The notes under the pieces were generated by a model that worked only from the letters and a program-made list of their open reading frames with translations, made no database searches and was not told the DNA's origin. Source: a virus. Taken from it: 64,000 nt of DNA. Positions 34,804 to 44,200 of this stretch are shown here, in pieces; positions within the stretch are counted from its first letter, which is position 1; the number at the start of each line of letters is the position of its first letter. The stretch spans positions 12,421 through 76,420 of IMG/VR virus record IMGVR_UViG_3300030419_007903. The stretch is one strand, 5' to 3'. The position numbers and the translations under genes were made by a program.

Positions 34804-37239
34804 TCAGCCCTCGCACATTTCGCAGCTCTCTCCTGCTGCAGCAGCAGCCTTAGCGGCTTCAATTTTTTCCTGAAACTCTTCCAAGCTTTGCGTGGAGGGT
34901 TGTTCGGAGGTTACTTTTTGTATTTTAGACGCAGCTTTATTTCTCAAGTAGTAAGTAGATTTAAGTCCAGAGTTTGAACTGTGCAAGTAGATGTCATTTA
35001 AAAATTTTAGACTAGTTTTACCATTGTATAAATTAAATGATATTCCTTGGTCTATCCATTTTTGCCTAGCCGCAGTAGCCTCGATAAGTTTTTGCTGATC
35101 TCTATCAAAAGCTGTTTTATATATAGCTTTTAAGTCTTCTGGAATGTTAAGGAGTGACACGTCACCGTCAGCTTGCTTAAGTGCTTCAGCTATCTCGCTA
35201 TTCCACAGTCCTCTGCTTTTCATATCATCCACAAAATTAAAATTAACAATATAATAATTTCCACTTTTATTTTCATACCTAAATAAAACGGAAAAGAACG
35301 GCTCAATAGACTGTTCGCAGCCCACTTGGTAAGCAATAGATGCGTTAGGAGCAATAGCCATAGTGTTAGAGTTTCTAATGCCATGTTTTTTTATACTATC
35401 TCTAACGGGCGTCCAGTCTAGTTTTGTTTTGGATGTCTTTGATCCTTTCCATTTCATCAGAACATTCCATGTGTCGATAGGTAGCTGGTTCTGGCTCCAA
35501 GTAGACCCTTCATAGGAGGCGTATTTTCCTCTTTCACGAGCTAACTTAGACGAAGTAAGAATAGCATGATAAGAAATATACTCCATTAATTCGTCGGCAA
35601 ACTCAACTCCATCAACTGAATCTTGCTGAATTCCAAGCTTGGCGTAAGCATCAGCCCATCCCATAGTGCCCATACCAATTGGTCGGTGCCTCATATTTGC
35701 ATTGTAAGCCTCTTTTGTGGGATAAAAGTTTATATCGATCACATTGTCTAAAGCACGAATTACTTTAGAAACTGTATCGGCTAAAAGTTTTTTATCTAAT
35801 TTGCCTTTCTTTACGTGGTTAGATAAATTAAGCGAACTTAAATTACACACAGCCGTTTCCCCTACTGACGTTTTTTCTCCATCAGAATATTGTGAGTGCT
35901 TAGTGTGAAGATAAATTTCTGTGCACAAATTTGATCCATGTAGAGTTCCTTCATGAATATTTGAATACCTAAAATTAGCATTATCTTTAAAAGTTATCCA
36001 AGGATGGCTAGTTTCAAATAAAGATTTTAATATCTTTTTCCATAAATCTTTAGCTTGCATAACCTCGAAGTTTTTAATTTCGCCACTTTCGACAAGAGAT
36101 TCATAATATTTATACCTTCTTTCAAATTCCTCACCAAAAAGTTCGGTTAAGTCAGAAACGTCAGAGGGGCAAAATAAAGTCCATGGTTCATTGTTTTGAA
36201 CCCGTTTAAAAAATAGATCGCAGCACCACAAGGCTGTGTTTAAATCATGGCAACGCCGACGCTCTTCTCCTCCTACTTTACGCAAGTCAATAAAGTCTAC
36301 AACGTCTAAATGCCAAGGTTCCAAATAGGCACAGCCACTTCCCCTCCGCTTTCCGGCTTGGTCGCACGCTACTAACATGTCATTATATATTTTTAGCCAA
36401 GGTATTAAACCGGAGCTTGTCCCATTGGTTCCTTTTATATAAGAACCTGTAGCTCTGATTTTAGAAACATGAAAGCCTAGGCCTCCTGCGTATTTAGACT
36501 TACGAGCTTCTTGCCATAAACCGTCAAAGATTCCGTCTACGCTATCGTGAATTTCAGATAAGTAACACGAAGACAATTGATTATGAGTAGTGCCTGAATT
36601 AAAAAGCGTAGGAGTAGAAGGTGACGCAAGATGCTGGCTGTAAATATCATAAAGCTCTTTTGCTCTGCGTTGCGGGTCATCTTCATTGAAACATAAGCCC
36701 ATCGCCACTCTCATATAGAATGCTTGAGGGGTTTCGATCACCTTATCTTCATCGCGAAACAAGTAGCGATCATAAATATTCTTTATCCCTACATATTTAA
36801 AAATTAAATCTCTATCTGGTTTTAAATATTCAGATAAATCCTTAAGATCATATTGAGTCAATCGTGCATCAAGCGCCTCATCTTTTATTGCTTTTTTGAT
36901 GTTTTTAACAAAGACAGAACGATAGTCTGCATCAAAGGTATCTGCATCTACACTCTCGCGCAAAACTTCCTTGTAGAGAGTACTTAAAACAACGCGAGCC
37001 GCAACAAAAGAATAATTAGGCTCTTTATAAATCTTTTGTCGAGCTGTAAGCTCTATGCTTTTATCAATTTCAGAAGTCGGTATTTTATCATAAAAAGTGG
37101 TTTCCATATCTAAAACCACCTCACTCGCTGATACTCCGGAAAGATCTTCACATGATCTTTCTACAAATCTGTTAATTTTATTTACCTCGAAGTTCTCTAA
37201 GCGACCATTCCTTTTTTTGACCCGAATTTGTTTACTCAT
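34804..37239 (-). CDS. nrdA: Ribonucleotide reductase alpha subunit with ATP cone
   Basis: VKKRNG ATP cone, TPTLFNSG, SSCYL, SNLCTEI, IAPNAS, YYLR, terminal CEMC; start set at MSKQ. Confidence 0.96.
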   Translation of the reverse strand: MSKQIRVKKRNGRLENFEVNKINRFVERSCEDLSGVSASEVVLDMETTFYDKIPTSEIDKSIELTARQKIYKEPNYSFVAARVVLSTLYKEVLRESVDADTFDADYRSVFVKNIKKAIKDEALDARLTQYDLKDLSEYLKPDRDLIFKYVGIKNIYDRYLFRDEDKVIETPQAFYMRVAMGLCFNEDDPQRRAKELYDIYSQHLASPSTPTLFNSGTTHNQLSSCYLSEIHDSVDGIFDGLWQEARKSKYAGGLGFHVSKIRATGSYIKGTNGTSSGLIPWLKIYNDMLVACDQAGKRRGSGCAYLEPWHLDVVDFIDLRKVGGEERRRCHDLNTALWCCDLFFKRVQNNEPWTLFCPSDVSDLTELFGEEFERRYKYYESLVESGEIKNFEVMQAKDLWKKILKSLFETSHPWITFKDNANFRYSNIHEGTLHGSNLCTEIYLHTKHSQYSDGEKTSVGETAVCNLSSLNLSNHVKKGKLDKKLLADTVSKVIRALDNVIDINFYPTKEAYNANMRHRPIGMGTMGWADAYAKLGIQQDSVDGVEFADELMEYISYHAILTSSKLARERGKYASYEGSTWSQNQLPIDTWNVLMKWKGSKTSKTKLDWTPVRDSIKKHGIRNSNTMAIAPNASIAYQVGCEQSIEPFFSVLFRYENKSGNYYIVNFNFVDDMKSRGLWNSEIAEALKQADGDVSLLNIPEDLKAIYKTAFDRDQQKLIEATAARQKWIDQGISFNLYNGKTSLKFLNDIYLHSSNSGLKSTYYLRNKAASKIQKVTSEQPSTQSLEEFQEKIEAAKAAAAAGESCEMCEG

Positions 37240-37249
37240 TTTGACCTTA

Positions 37250-37261
37250 TATACTTTACAC
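37250..37261 (-). promoter_or_regulatory. GTGTA-N3-TATA phage promoter motif
   Basis: GTGTAAAGTATA 10 nt before the nrdA ATG. Confidence 0.65.
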
Positions 37262-37275
37262 TCCAACTTAGGAGC

Positions 37276-38352
37276 TCAACTGCCAAAAGTTTTAACTAAT
37301 TCTACATCTTTGTCAATCATTCTTTTTACCAAATCATCAAAAGACACATTTCTCTTCCATTTTAAGTCTTTTTCTATGGCGGCAGGGCTCCCTAGGAGTA
37401 ACTTTACCTCTGCTGGACGAAAGTATTTAGAGTTAATACACACAATAGGGTCACCTGTCTCGGGATTAAAGTATTCTACCTTTTGTCCGTCTATTTCAGT
37501 TGCATTTAATTGAAAAGGGATATTCGCATGTAAAAGCGCCTTTTCTAAAAACTCTCGAATTGTATGGGTTTCCCCGCTGGCTATTACATAATCCTTAGGA
37601 GAATCAAAGTTAGGATTATATTCTTCTTGGTTTACCATTCTCCAAATGCCCTCAACATAATCTTGAGCATGACCCCAGTCGCGTTTCGCCTCAAGATTGC
37701 CTAACTGTAACGGTAAAGGTTTTTTTCCTTTATCGATAAAACGTTTTAGTAGGGCTACTCCTTTGGTGATTTTTCTAGTAACAAATTCTTCTCCTCGGCG
37801 TTCTCCTTCATGATTGAACAGCCAGCCTTGAACTGCATATAAATTATAGCTTTCTCTATAAACTTTAACCAAGTGACGAGCTCCAGCTTTTGCTGCTCCG
37901 TAAGGAGAGCGCGGACGTAAAGGGTGAACTTCATCTTGAGGGCTGTATAAAACATCACCAAATTCCTCGCTCGTTCCCGCATTGTAAAAACGAGTTTTAG
38001 GTGAAAATTTCCTAATTGCTTCTAAAATATGCAATACCCCTGTGGCGTTAACATTCCAAGTAGCTACAGGTATATCCCAACTTGCACCAACATAACTTTG
38101 TGCTGCCACATTTATAAAATAGTCGGGACTGTATTTTTGAATTACATTTTGAATTGATTCGTTATCAGTCAAATCGAAATACACTTTTTCAAACCTAGGG
38201 TTATCAAAATGATGCTCAATATTAACATAGTTGGGTGACGAAAGTCTGCGAAAGCATCCTACGATGTGGCAATCTGTATTTTCTAGCAGATAGTCTACTA
38301 AATGGCTACCGTCTTGACCTGTTACTCCTGTTACTACTACTTTAGTTTTCAT
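37276..38352 (-). CDS. gmd: GDP-mannose 4,6-dehydratase
   Basis: TGVTGQDG, AAQSYV, PRSPYGAAK, LFNHE, FVTRKI, RDWG, RPAEV. Confidence 0.95.
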   Translation of the reverse strand: MKTKVVVTGVTGQDGSHLVDYLLENTDCHIVGCFRRLSSPNYVNIEHHFDNPRFEKVYFDLTDNESIQNVIQKYSPDYFINVAAQSYVGASWDIPVATWNVNATGVLHILEAIRKFSPKTRFYNAGTSEEFGDVLYSPQDEVHPLRPRSPYGAAKAGARHLVKVYRESYNLYAVQGWLFNHEGERRGEEFVTRKITKGVALLKRFIDKGKKPLPLQLGNLEAKRDWGHAQDYVEGIWRMVNQEEYNPNFDSPKDYVIASGETHTIREFLEKALLHANIPFQLNATEIDGQKVEYFNPETGDPIVCINSKYFRPAEVKLLLGSPAAIEKDLKWKRNVSFDDLVKRMIDKDVELVKTFGS

Positions 38353-39323
38353 TGATTAATTTTGTTTTGTTGTGCTATATACCAATTATATGTCTTCTTA
38401 AGGCCTTCTTCAAGAGAAGTTTTAGCCTCGAATCCAAATTTTTCTTTTGCCTTGCTGGTATCAAGGCATCGTCGTGGTTGTCCATTAGGGCGCGCAGCGT
38501 CCCATACAATTTCTCCTTCATAGCCTACTAGCTTCTTTATTGTTTCCGCTAATTCTTTTATCGACGTTTCTTTCGCTGCTCCTATATTAATGGGCTCGGG
38601 GCTGTCATAGTTACAAAATGCTTTCCAAATAGCATCAGCGCAGTCACCCGCATACAAAAACTCGCGAGATGCGGAGCCGTCTCCCCAAAGGCAAACAGCG
38701 GGCTCATTTTTTTCTTTTGCTTCGTGAAATTTTCGTAGCATTGCAGGAATAACGTGAGAATTCTCAAGATCAAAGTGATCATGCTCACCATACATATTTA
38801 CAGGAATCAAATGGATTATATTCTCATGGTATTGCTGATGAAACGCTTGAGCGCCTACTAATAAATTTTTCTTAGCTAAGCCATAAGGAGCATTCGTTTC
38901 TTCTGGATATCCATTCCATAAGTCTTCCTCCTTAAAAGGAACTGGCGTATGCTTAGGATAGGAACATACGGTGCCTAAGGTTACTGTCTTTCTGATTTCC
39001 GGAAGCTCATTAGTAACCCGAAGCACATTAAGGCTCATCTGTGCATTGTTTAAAAAGAAATCGGCAGGCTTCCGTTGATTAATACCAATTCCCCCGCATT
39101 GAGCAGCCAAATGTATAATAGATGTAATCTCATTATAATAGCAATAATAGTAAAGCTCTTGATAATCAAGACAGTTCATCTGCGCACTTGAAGGGGTAAA
39201 AAGCTGATAAAGGTCAGTGCCTTTGTAATTAATCTCAGAATTAATTAAATTAATTTCATGGGCCATTTTGGTGGTTAAATGGTTACCTAAAAATCCGCTA
39301 GCTCCAGTTAATAAGATATTCAT
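38349..39323 (-). CDS. fcl: GDP-L-fucose synthase
   Basis: LAAQCGGI, CSYPK, YGLAK, SHVIPA, WGDG..SREF, PNGQPRR. Confidence 0.95.
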   Translation of the reverse strand: MNILLTGASGFLGNHLTTKMAHEINLINSEINYKGTDLYQLFTPSSAQMNCLDYQELYYYCYYNEITSIIHLAAQCGGIGINQRKPADFFLNNAQMSLNVLRVTNELPEIRKTVTLGTVCSYPKHTPVPFKEEDLWNGYPEETNAPYGLAKKNLLVGAQAFHQQYHENIIHLIPVNMYGEHDHFDLENSHVIPAMLRKFHEAKEKNEPAVCLWGDGSASREFLYAGDCADAIWKAFCNYDSPEPINIGAAKETSIKELAETIKKLVGYEGEIVWDAARPNGQPRRCLDTSKAKEKFGFEAKTSLEEGLKKTYNWYIAQQNKINQ

Positions 39324-39326
39324 AAA

Positions 39327-39497
39327 TTATTTCCACTTTCCATAAGAGGGGTCTGCCGCTCTTTTTCGCCTCATGTATTCTCTCTTTTGAAGTCGACGTT
39401 TTTCAATATTTTCTTCGTCGTATTTTTTTTGAGCCTTAGCTATAGCCTTCTTGCCTTTCTTGCTTTTAGAATACTTTTCTTGGTTTTTATTCTTCAT
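39327..39497 (-). CDS. 56-aa basic helical protein
   Basis: Own translation MKNKNQEKYSKSKKGKKAIAKAQKKYDEENIEKRRLQKREYMRRKRAADPSYGKWK; fills the gap. Confidence 0.65.
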   Translation of the reverse strand: MKNKNQEKYSKSKKGKKAIAKAQKKYDEENIEKRRLQKREYMRRKRAADPSYGKWK

Positions 39498-40695
39498 ATA
39501 CTTTATTAGACTTTTTGAGATTTTGTTTGCCCCACATCGGCTGCAGGTTGGTGTAATGGTTCGGGTAATTCCCTTTAAACTTAGAGATAGGAATTATATG
39601 ATCAATATGCCAACATCCTTCATGGTCGTTGTTTTCTCCTGACCCGTAATTGTCCCAATTCATTCCTTGTTCAAATTGAGAGCTAAGATGTTCAACAAGT
39701 TCTTTCCGCGTACATCCTACTTGTTTAGAAAAATGATGGTCTTTCGCTTTCTTAAGAAACTTTTTTAAGCGATTTCTCACGTTATTATAAGCCCTAGCTT
39801 CTGGCTTTGATCGATATTTTTTCTCGTAAGACCTGCGTTTTTCTCTATTGTTTTTATTGTACTCTCTAATTGAATTTAAAAGGCCTTCTTTTTCTTCTAT
39901 CGTCATGTTATCATATGCGGCTTTAGCTTTGCTAGCTTCGCAATCGAGGCAGCGATAGTTTGATTGACCATTGCCATAATTTAGATTCCTAAAATCTTCA
40001 AAAGATTTTATTTCGCCGCAATATCTGCACGGCTTCATTTTGTTCTCTTCATCTGTATAGTAATAAAAGAACGGCTTATTGTTTTTTTCGCCCATAGAAG
40101 CCCACCCTTCTTCTTCTAACTTTTTAAATTTTTCTAAGCTAATAGTTTGTTTTGACGTTCCTTTAAAATGGCCTTTTAGCATTTGGTCAACTAAATTAAA
40201 AAAAGCTTTCTTTTCTACAAGGTATTTAAAAAAAGTCTCACCCAAATTAGAGGGAACATCGTAAATCTGTATAAGATTAGATTTTTCTTTTGTAAAAAGC
40301 AAATCTTTTGCTCGTTTAATCTTGTCTCCCTCGATTACTGATTTTTTACGCTTGCTGTTTTTCCCGTAAGAATCACTTAACAATTTATGCGCCACAAGTA
40401 CATCATGACATTCTTTCATTGTCATACATTCTTCTGGAGTAAGTTCGTAGTTTAGTCGAAGATAATTTTCTATCCTTTTATCAATATACTTTTGTAAGTT
40501 CTTTATAGTGTAATTGAAAAAATTTCCCAAACTTGGGACAAAGATATCGCTTTCGCTTAAGCAGTCTTTACATATCTCTTCAATGATCGCCGATCGTATA
40601 ATCTTGTCTTGCGACAATTTAAGATCTATTGTATAAAAATTATCAACACTCACCTCTTTAAGGCAGCAGCTACATTCTATCGTATAGTCATCCAT
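39487..40695 (-). CDS. HNH (endonuclease VII-like) endonuclease, likely homing type
   Basis: GM.W.NYG, WHIDHIIP, NHYTNLQPMW..NL.K; upstream CxxC pairs. Confidence 0.85.
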   Translation of the reverse strand: MDDYTIECSCCLKEVSVDNFYTIDLKLSQDKIIRSAIIEEICKDCLSESDIFVPSLGNFFNYTIKNLQKYIDKRIENYLRLNYELTPEECMTMKECHDVLVAHKLLSDSYGKNSKRKKSVIEGDKIKRAKDLLFTKEKSNLIQIYDVPSNLGETFFKYLVEKKAFFNLVDQMLKGHFKGTSKQTISLEKFKKLEEEGWASMGEKNNKPFFYYYTDEENKMKPCRYCGEIKSFEDFRNLNYGNGQSNYRCLDCEASKAKAAYDNMTIEEKEGLLNSIREYNKNNREKRRSYEKKYRSKPEARAYNNVRNRLKKFLKKAKDHHFSKQVGCTRKELVEHLSSQFEQGMNWDNYGSGENNDHEGCWHIDHIIPISKFKGNYPNHYTNLQPMWGKQNLKKSNKVYEE

Positions 40696-40696
40696 A

Positions 40697-40729
40697 ATCT
40701 ATCGTCCACTATCTTTCGGTTTTTTGTCG
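40697..40729 (-). promoter_or_regulatory. Bipartite motif CGACA-N14-AGTGGACGATAGAT (copy 2)
   Basis: Matches 20895-20927. Confidence 0.65.
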
Positions 40730-40740
40730 GAAAATTTTTT

Positions 40741-41775
40741 TTACTTGCTAATTATTTTACTGATTCCGGGGCTGAGGCCGATCCTGATCCAGTTTTTACG
40801 GCTGTCATATGGCAATGAGAGGCCTCTCTTGTAACTGATGTTATGCTGCGGGAGCAATTTGTCTAGATAAAAATTATCATGGCTGTCGTTTATGTGAATC
40901 CAGCTTACATTACCGTATTTTATGTCATAGTAAGCAAGTTTTTTCTCTTGTAGCAGTTGCTTTTCATTTAAGACAATATTAATATGTTCTTTTTTGATAT
41001 GAGGGTGGGAAATCAAAAAATTTATATATTTAAGGCTAGCGCCCGCAACAGGGAACGAAGGGCGAATTTTTTCAAGGTGCCAAATGTTAAAAGGAGAACT
41101 TATTACATAACCGCACCGTGATCCGGCAGCTCCCCATGCTTTAGAAAAAGTTTTGCATACAAATAAATTATCATAAACTTGAGTTAAATGTGAGGCGCTT
41201 TCTCCGCCAAAATCAATATAAGCCTCGTCTAATAAAAGAGGCACATCTTTGTTTTCTAGCTCTTTACATAAAAAGTGAATGTCATCGAGAGACTTGAGCT
41301 TTCCAAAAGGAGAATTAGGGTTAGCCATAATAACTAACGAAGTGTTATCTCTAACTTCGCTGAGAAAAGACTCTAGATTAAAATCTAAGTCTCTATTATA
41401 CTTAACCTTAACGCAATGAAGATTGTTAGTGTTTGCATAAACTTCGTACATTGGAAAACATGGGTCATTAATTATCACTTCTCCATAGGGAGTTGAAAAT
41501 AAATCAAAAATACTTTTAATAATTTGGTCCGACCCAAAGCCTAGGCTTATATGGGAAAGGGGCAGTTCCTCTAAAGCAGCAATTGAATCTTTAAGGTAGG
41601 TATAATCATGTTCTGAGGGGTAGCATATAAAATCCTCTTGGGTTAAAGTTTTTAAAAATTTTTTAAAATCTGCTTCAGAAAAATTTATAGGCCTCTCTCC
41701 CATGTCAAGCCTTAAGCCTGAAACATTATTTGTCCGGTCTGCAAATCTTCGAGTTACATTATTTAAATAATTCAT
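40741..41775 (-). CDS. PLP-dependent class I/II aminotransferase or decarboxylase (HisC/CobD-like)
   Basis: GSD, NPNSP.G, DEAY, TFSKAWG.AG.R.G. Confidence 0.9.
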   Translation of the reverse strand: MNYLNNVTRRFADRTNNVSGLRLDMGERPINFSEADFKKFLKTLTQEDFICYPSEHDYTYLKDSIAALEELPLSHISLGFGSDQIIKSIFDLFSTPYGEVIINDPCFPMYEVYANTNNLHCVKVKYNRDLDFNLESFLSEVRDNTSLVIMANPNSPFGKLKSLDDIHFLCKELENKDVPLLLDEAYIDFGGESASHLTQVYDNLFVCKTFSKAWGAAGSRCGYVISSPFNIWHLEKIRPSFPVAGASLKYINFLISHPHIKKEHINIVLNEKQLLQEKKLAYYDIKYGNVSWIHINDSHDNFYLDKLLPQHNISYKRGLSLPYDSRKNWIRIGLSPGISKIISK

Positions 41776-41776
41776 T

Positions 41777-42712
41777 TTAATTATTGACCTCCAACTCCTC
41801 TAGCAAAGGAGAAAGCTCTTTATAGGAGCAGTTCTTACAATGAGAAGTTGGTGCGTTTGATTTGCAGCTATTAGCAATATGTGTAAGTTGGGGGGAAGAT
41901 CTAATGTGTTCTATATCTTCTCTAAAAATATTACCTATGCTTTGTGCTCCCGTATTAAGGCAGCAGATTTTTACGTCGCCCTCTACTGTGACATAAAGGC
42001 CTTTGCGCGGCCAAAAGCAATCCGACCAAGTCCATGGTGATTTGCCTTTAATATAATCTTTATATCCTTTAAGGTAGCTTAATTGATGCTCAGAATAGCC
42101 CCATGTATTAGAGTTATTAGTTATAGAGTTGTCTTCGGACCAATCTTGTGCTATGTTTAATCTGAAATCATCCAAATTGTACTCCAATTGAAACGCATTA
42201 ATTTTTGGTATGTCAAAAATATTTTGTTTATTTACAACGTAATTAATTACAACTTTGCATCCTGATCTATTTAGGAGTTGAAAGTCCTCTAGAAACTTTA
42301 TAAGTTTTTCCCATTTAGCTGGAGAGCGGTCCCTTTCGTAGTTTTCCTTGTATCCGTCAATAGAAAAATAAAGCATATCAATGTTCTTCATGGTTTGCTC
42401 TAATCTAGAACGCATCTTTGAACCTTTTGATATGTTATATTGACAATTCGTAGCCACTATGACTTTTGACTTAGGAAAATACCTTTTAAATTCTTCCGTT
42501 ATGCGATCGAACTGTGGATGGAGCATGGGCTCTCCCATTCCCATTAATTTGCATTCCCTTATGGGGTGGTGCTTGATTCTCTCCAACATATTTGTCCATT
42601 TAGAAAGGGGCATGTGGATAAGTTTCGAAACGACTTCGTTTCGGTTACAAAACGAACAGTTCAAATTACAATAATTGGTTGTCTCTAGATACGCGTATGT
42701 AATTTTATCCAT
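41777..42712 (-). CDS. Radical SAM protein with SPASM domain
   Basis: CNLNCSFC, GEP, C...G.V..CC, C..C. Confidence 0.92.
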   Translation of the reverse strand: MDKITYAYLETTNYCNLNCSFCNRNEVVSKLIHMPLSKWTNMLERIKHHPIRECKLMGMGEPMLHPQFDRITEEFKRYFPKSKVIVATNCQYNISKGSKMRSRLEQTMKNIDMLYFSIDGYKENYERDRSPAKWEKLIKFLEDFQLLNRSGCKVVINYVVNKQNIFDIPKINAFQLEYNLDDFRLNIAQDWSEDNSITNNSNTWGYSEHQLSYLKGYKDYIKGKSPWTWSDCFWPRKGLYVTVEGDVKICCLNTGAQSIGNIFREDIEHIRSSPQLTHIANSCKSNAPTSHCKNCSYKELSPLLEELEVNN

Positions 42713-43409
42713 CTTTATTTTTCTCCCAGTCTTCTAATGTTCCCCAATCTAAAAAACTTGTAGCTTCAATATATGAAAAGACAGCGGCCCCGGTTAATAT
42801 CATGTGGGAAAAAATATGGCTAACATAAATTTCTTGATTATGCAAACAAACAGAACTACTAGTGACATCTTTATAGGAAGTGCAATATTGATCAGCATCA
42901 CAAGAATAAACTCCTACGCAAATATCATTTGATACCATTTTTTTCTCTATGATATCTTCAATTATGTTGTGGTTATTTTTTTTGATAAAGCTTTTAGCCT
43001 CAAGCCTGCTTACTCCGCTATCTATTTTTACTTTTAGTCCTACGATATAGTTTTCCGAGCTTGTGACCCCGTAGTTAACAGCGCAATCACAATCTTTTAT
43101 AACGATAGGTCCGCTCACGGAGCAATCTTCAATGGTTTTGTATACGGTCTCAGACGCTGATCTAGTGGGAGAGTCAAGAATAAGCACATCTACTCCCCAT
43201 TTTAAACGAGAATTTAAAAAATCAAAAGCCCCCCACTTGTCTTGCTGCTCTTGTGTGATAGTTACTATAGTTTGCTCAAATTCTTGAGGGATGGCATCTA
43301 TAACCATTTCAATCATGGACTCTTTATGGTTATTCTCAAGCATCCATTTTGGTGGTAAGTTTGGGAATCGACTAGATTTGCCCGCGCAGGGAAGTATTAA
43401 AGTGCTCAT
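42705..43409 (-). CDS. Sugar nucleotidyltransferase-like protein
   Basis: LPCAGKSSRF..PKW, DCD, EK, DWGT. Confidence 0.85.
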   Translation of the reverse strand: MSTLILPCAGKSSRFPNLPPKWMLENNHKESMIEMVIDAIPQEFEQTIVTITQEQQDKWGAFDFLNSRLKWGVDVLILDSPTRSASETVYKTIEDCSVSGPIVIKDCDCAVNYGVTSSENYIVGLKVKIDSGVSRLEAKSFIKKNNHNIIEDIIEKKMVSNDICVGVYSCDADQYCTSYKDVTSSSVCLHNQEIYVSHIFSHMILTGAAVFSYIEATSFLDWGTLEDWEKNKDG

Positions 43410-44200
43410 AAATGTTTTAAAAGCTGGCGGAAATTTGGCAACAAAAAGTCTTTAATTACAGGGGTGGTGCTGTACGGTAAAATCCGTAACAACTGAAAAG
43501 GTATTAGCCTTTTATATATTTCTTTATCTTGGTGGCTCCAAGAGTCTTGAAATTGTTTAAGTATGATTATGTTCTTAATTAAAGGTACATTGTTATTTTT
43601 TCTCCATGACCATCCCGTCATAAGGTCTAAGAAAAGTTTTGATTTATCTATAAAGCTGCTACTTAAAAACGAATCTAAAAAATCAATCAAATATATTTTA
43701 TTATTTTTTATTATAATATTCTCAAAGCTTAAATCCCCGTGACAATAAGAAGAGGGAAGTATAGACCAATCAAAATCAGCGCAGTAATCTAAAAAACTAT
43801 GCATATCGTCGTGGAGTCTGCTTTTTAGTTTTTTTATTTTTGATTGCATTAAGGTATTAGATTGGATTGGCTCATTGCCTTCGTGAATGCGAAAAACACT
43901 CTTAAGTATTTTAATCGAATCTTCCGGGTGATTGGTTGTAATAAAATCTTGCAACGAGCGTCCTTCTATGTACTCCATATCAAAATAAAACAAGTCTCCC
44001 GCAAATCCAGAAGAATAAACTTTGGGTGTGTTTATTTTGGGATGATTAAATTCTTTTTGCTTATGGAATTGTTGCTCTAAACGAAAATTATAATTTTTGT
44101 CTCTGGAGATTTTTCTTACCAGAAGCAAGCCTTCGGTGTCACTTTTTGCTAAAGATATGTGGCAGCCAGAATGGCCTTGCAGCTCTTTAACTAGTTCCAT
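43406..44200 (-). CDS. APH/choline-kinase-like phosphotransferase
   Basis: GHSG, MEYI, CHGDLSFENI, LIDF; start set at MELVK. Confidence 0.85.
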   Translation of the reverse strand: MELVKELQGHSGCHISLAKSDTEGLLLVRKISRDKNYNFRLEQQFHKQKEFNHPKINTPKVYSSGFAGDLFYFDMEYIEGRSLQDFITTNHPEDSIKILKSVFRIHEGNEPIQSNTLMQSKIKKLKSRLHDDMHSFLDYCADFDWSILPSSYCHGDLSFENIIIKNNKIYLIDFLDSFLSSSFIDKSKLFLDLMTGWSWRKNNNVPLIKNIIILKQFQDSWSHQDKEIYKRLIPFQLLRILPYSTTPVIKDFLLPNFRQLLKHL

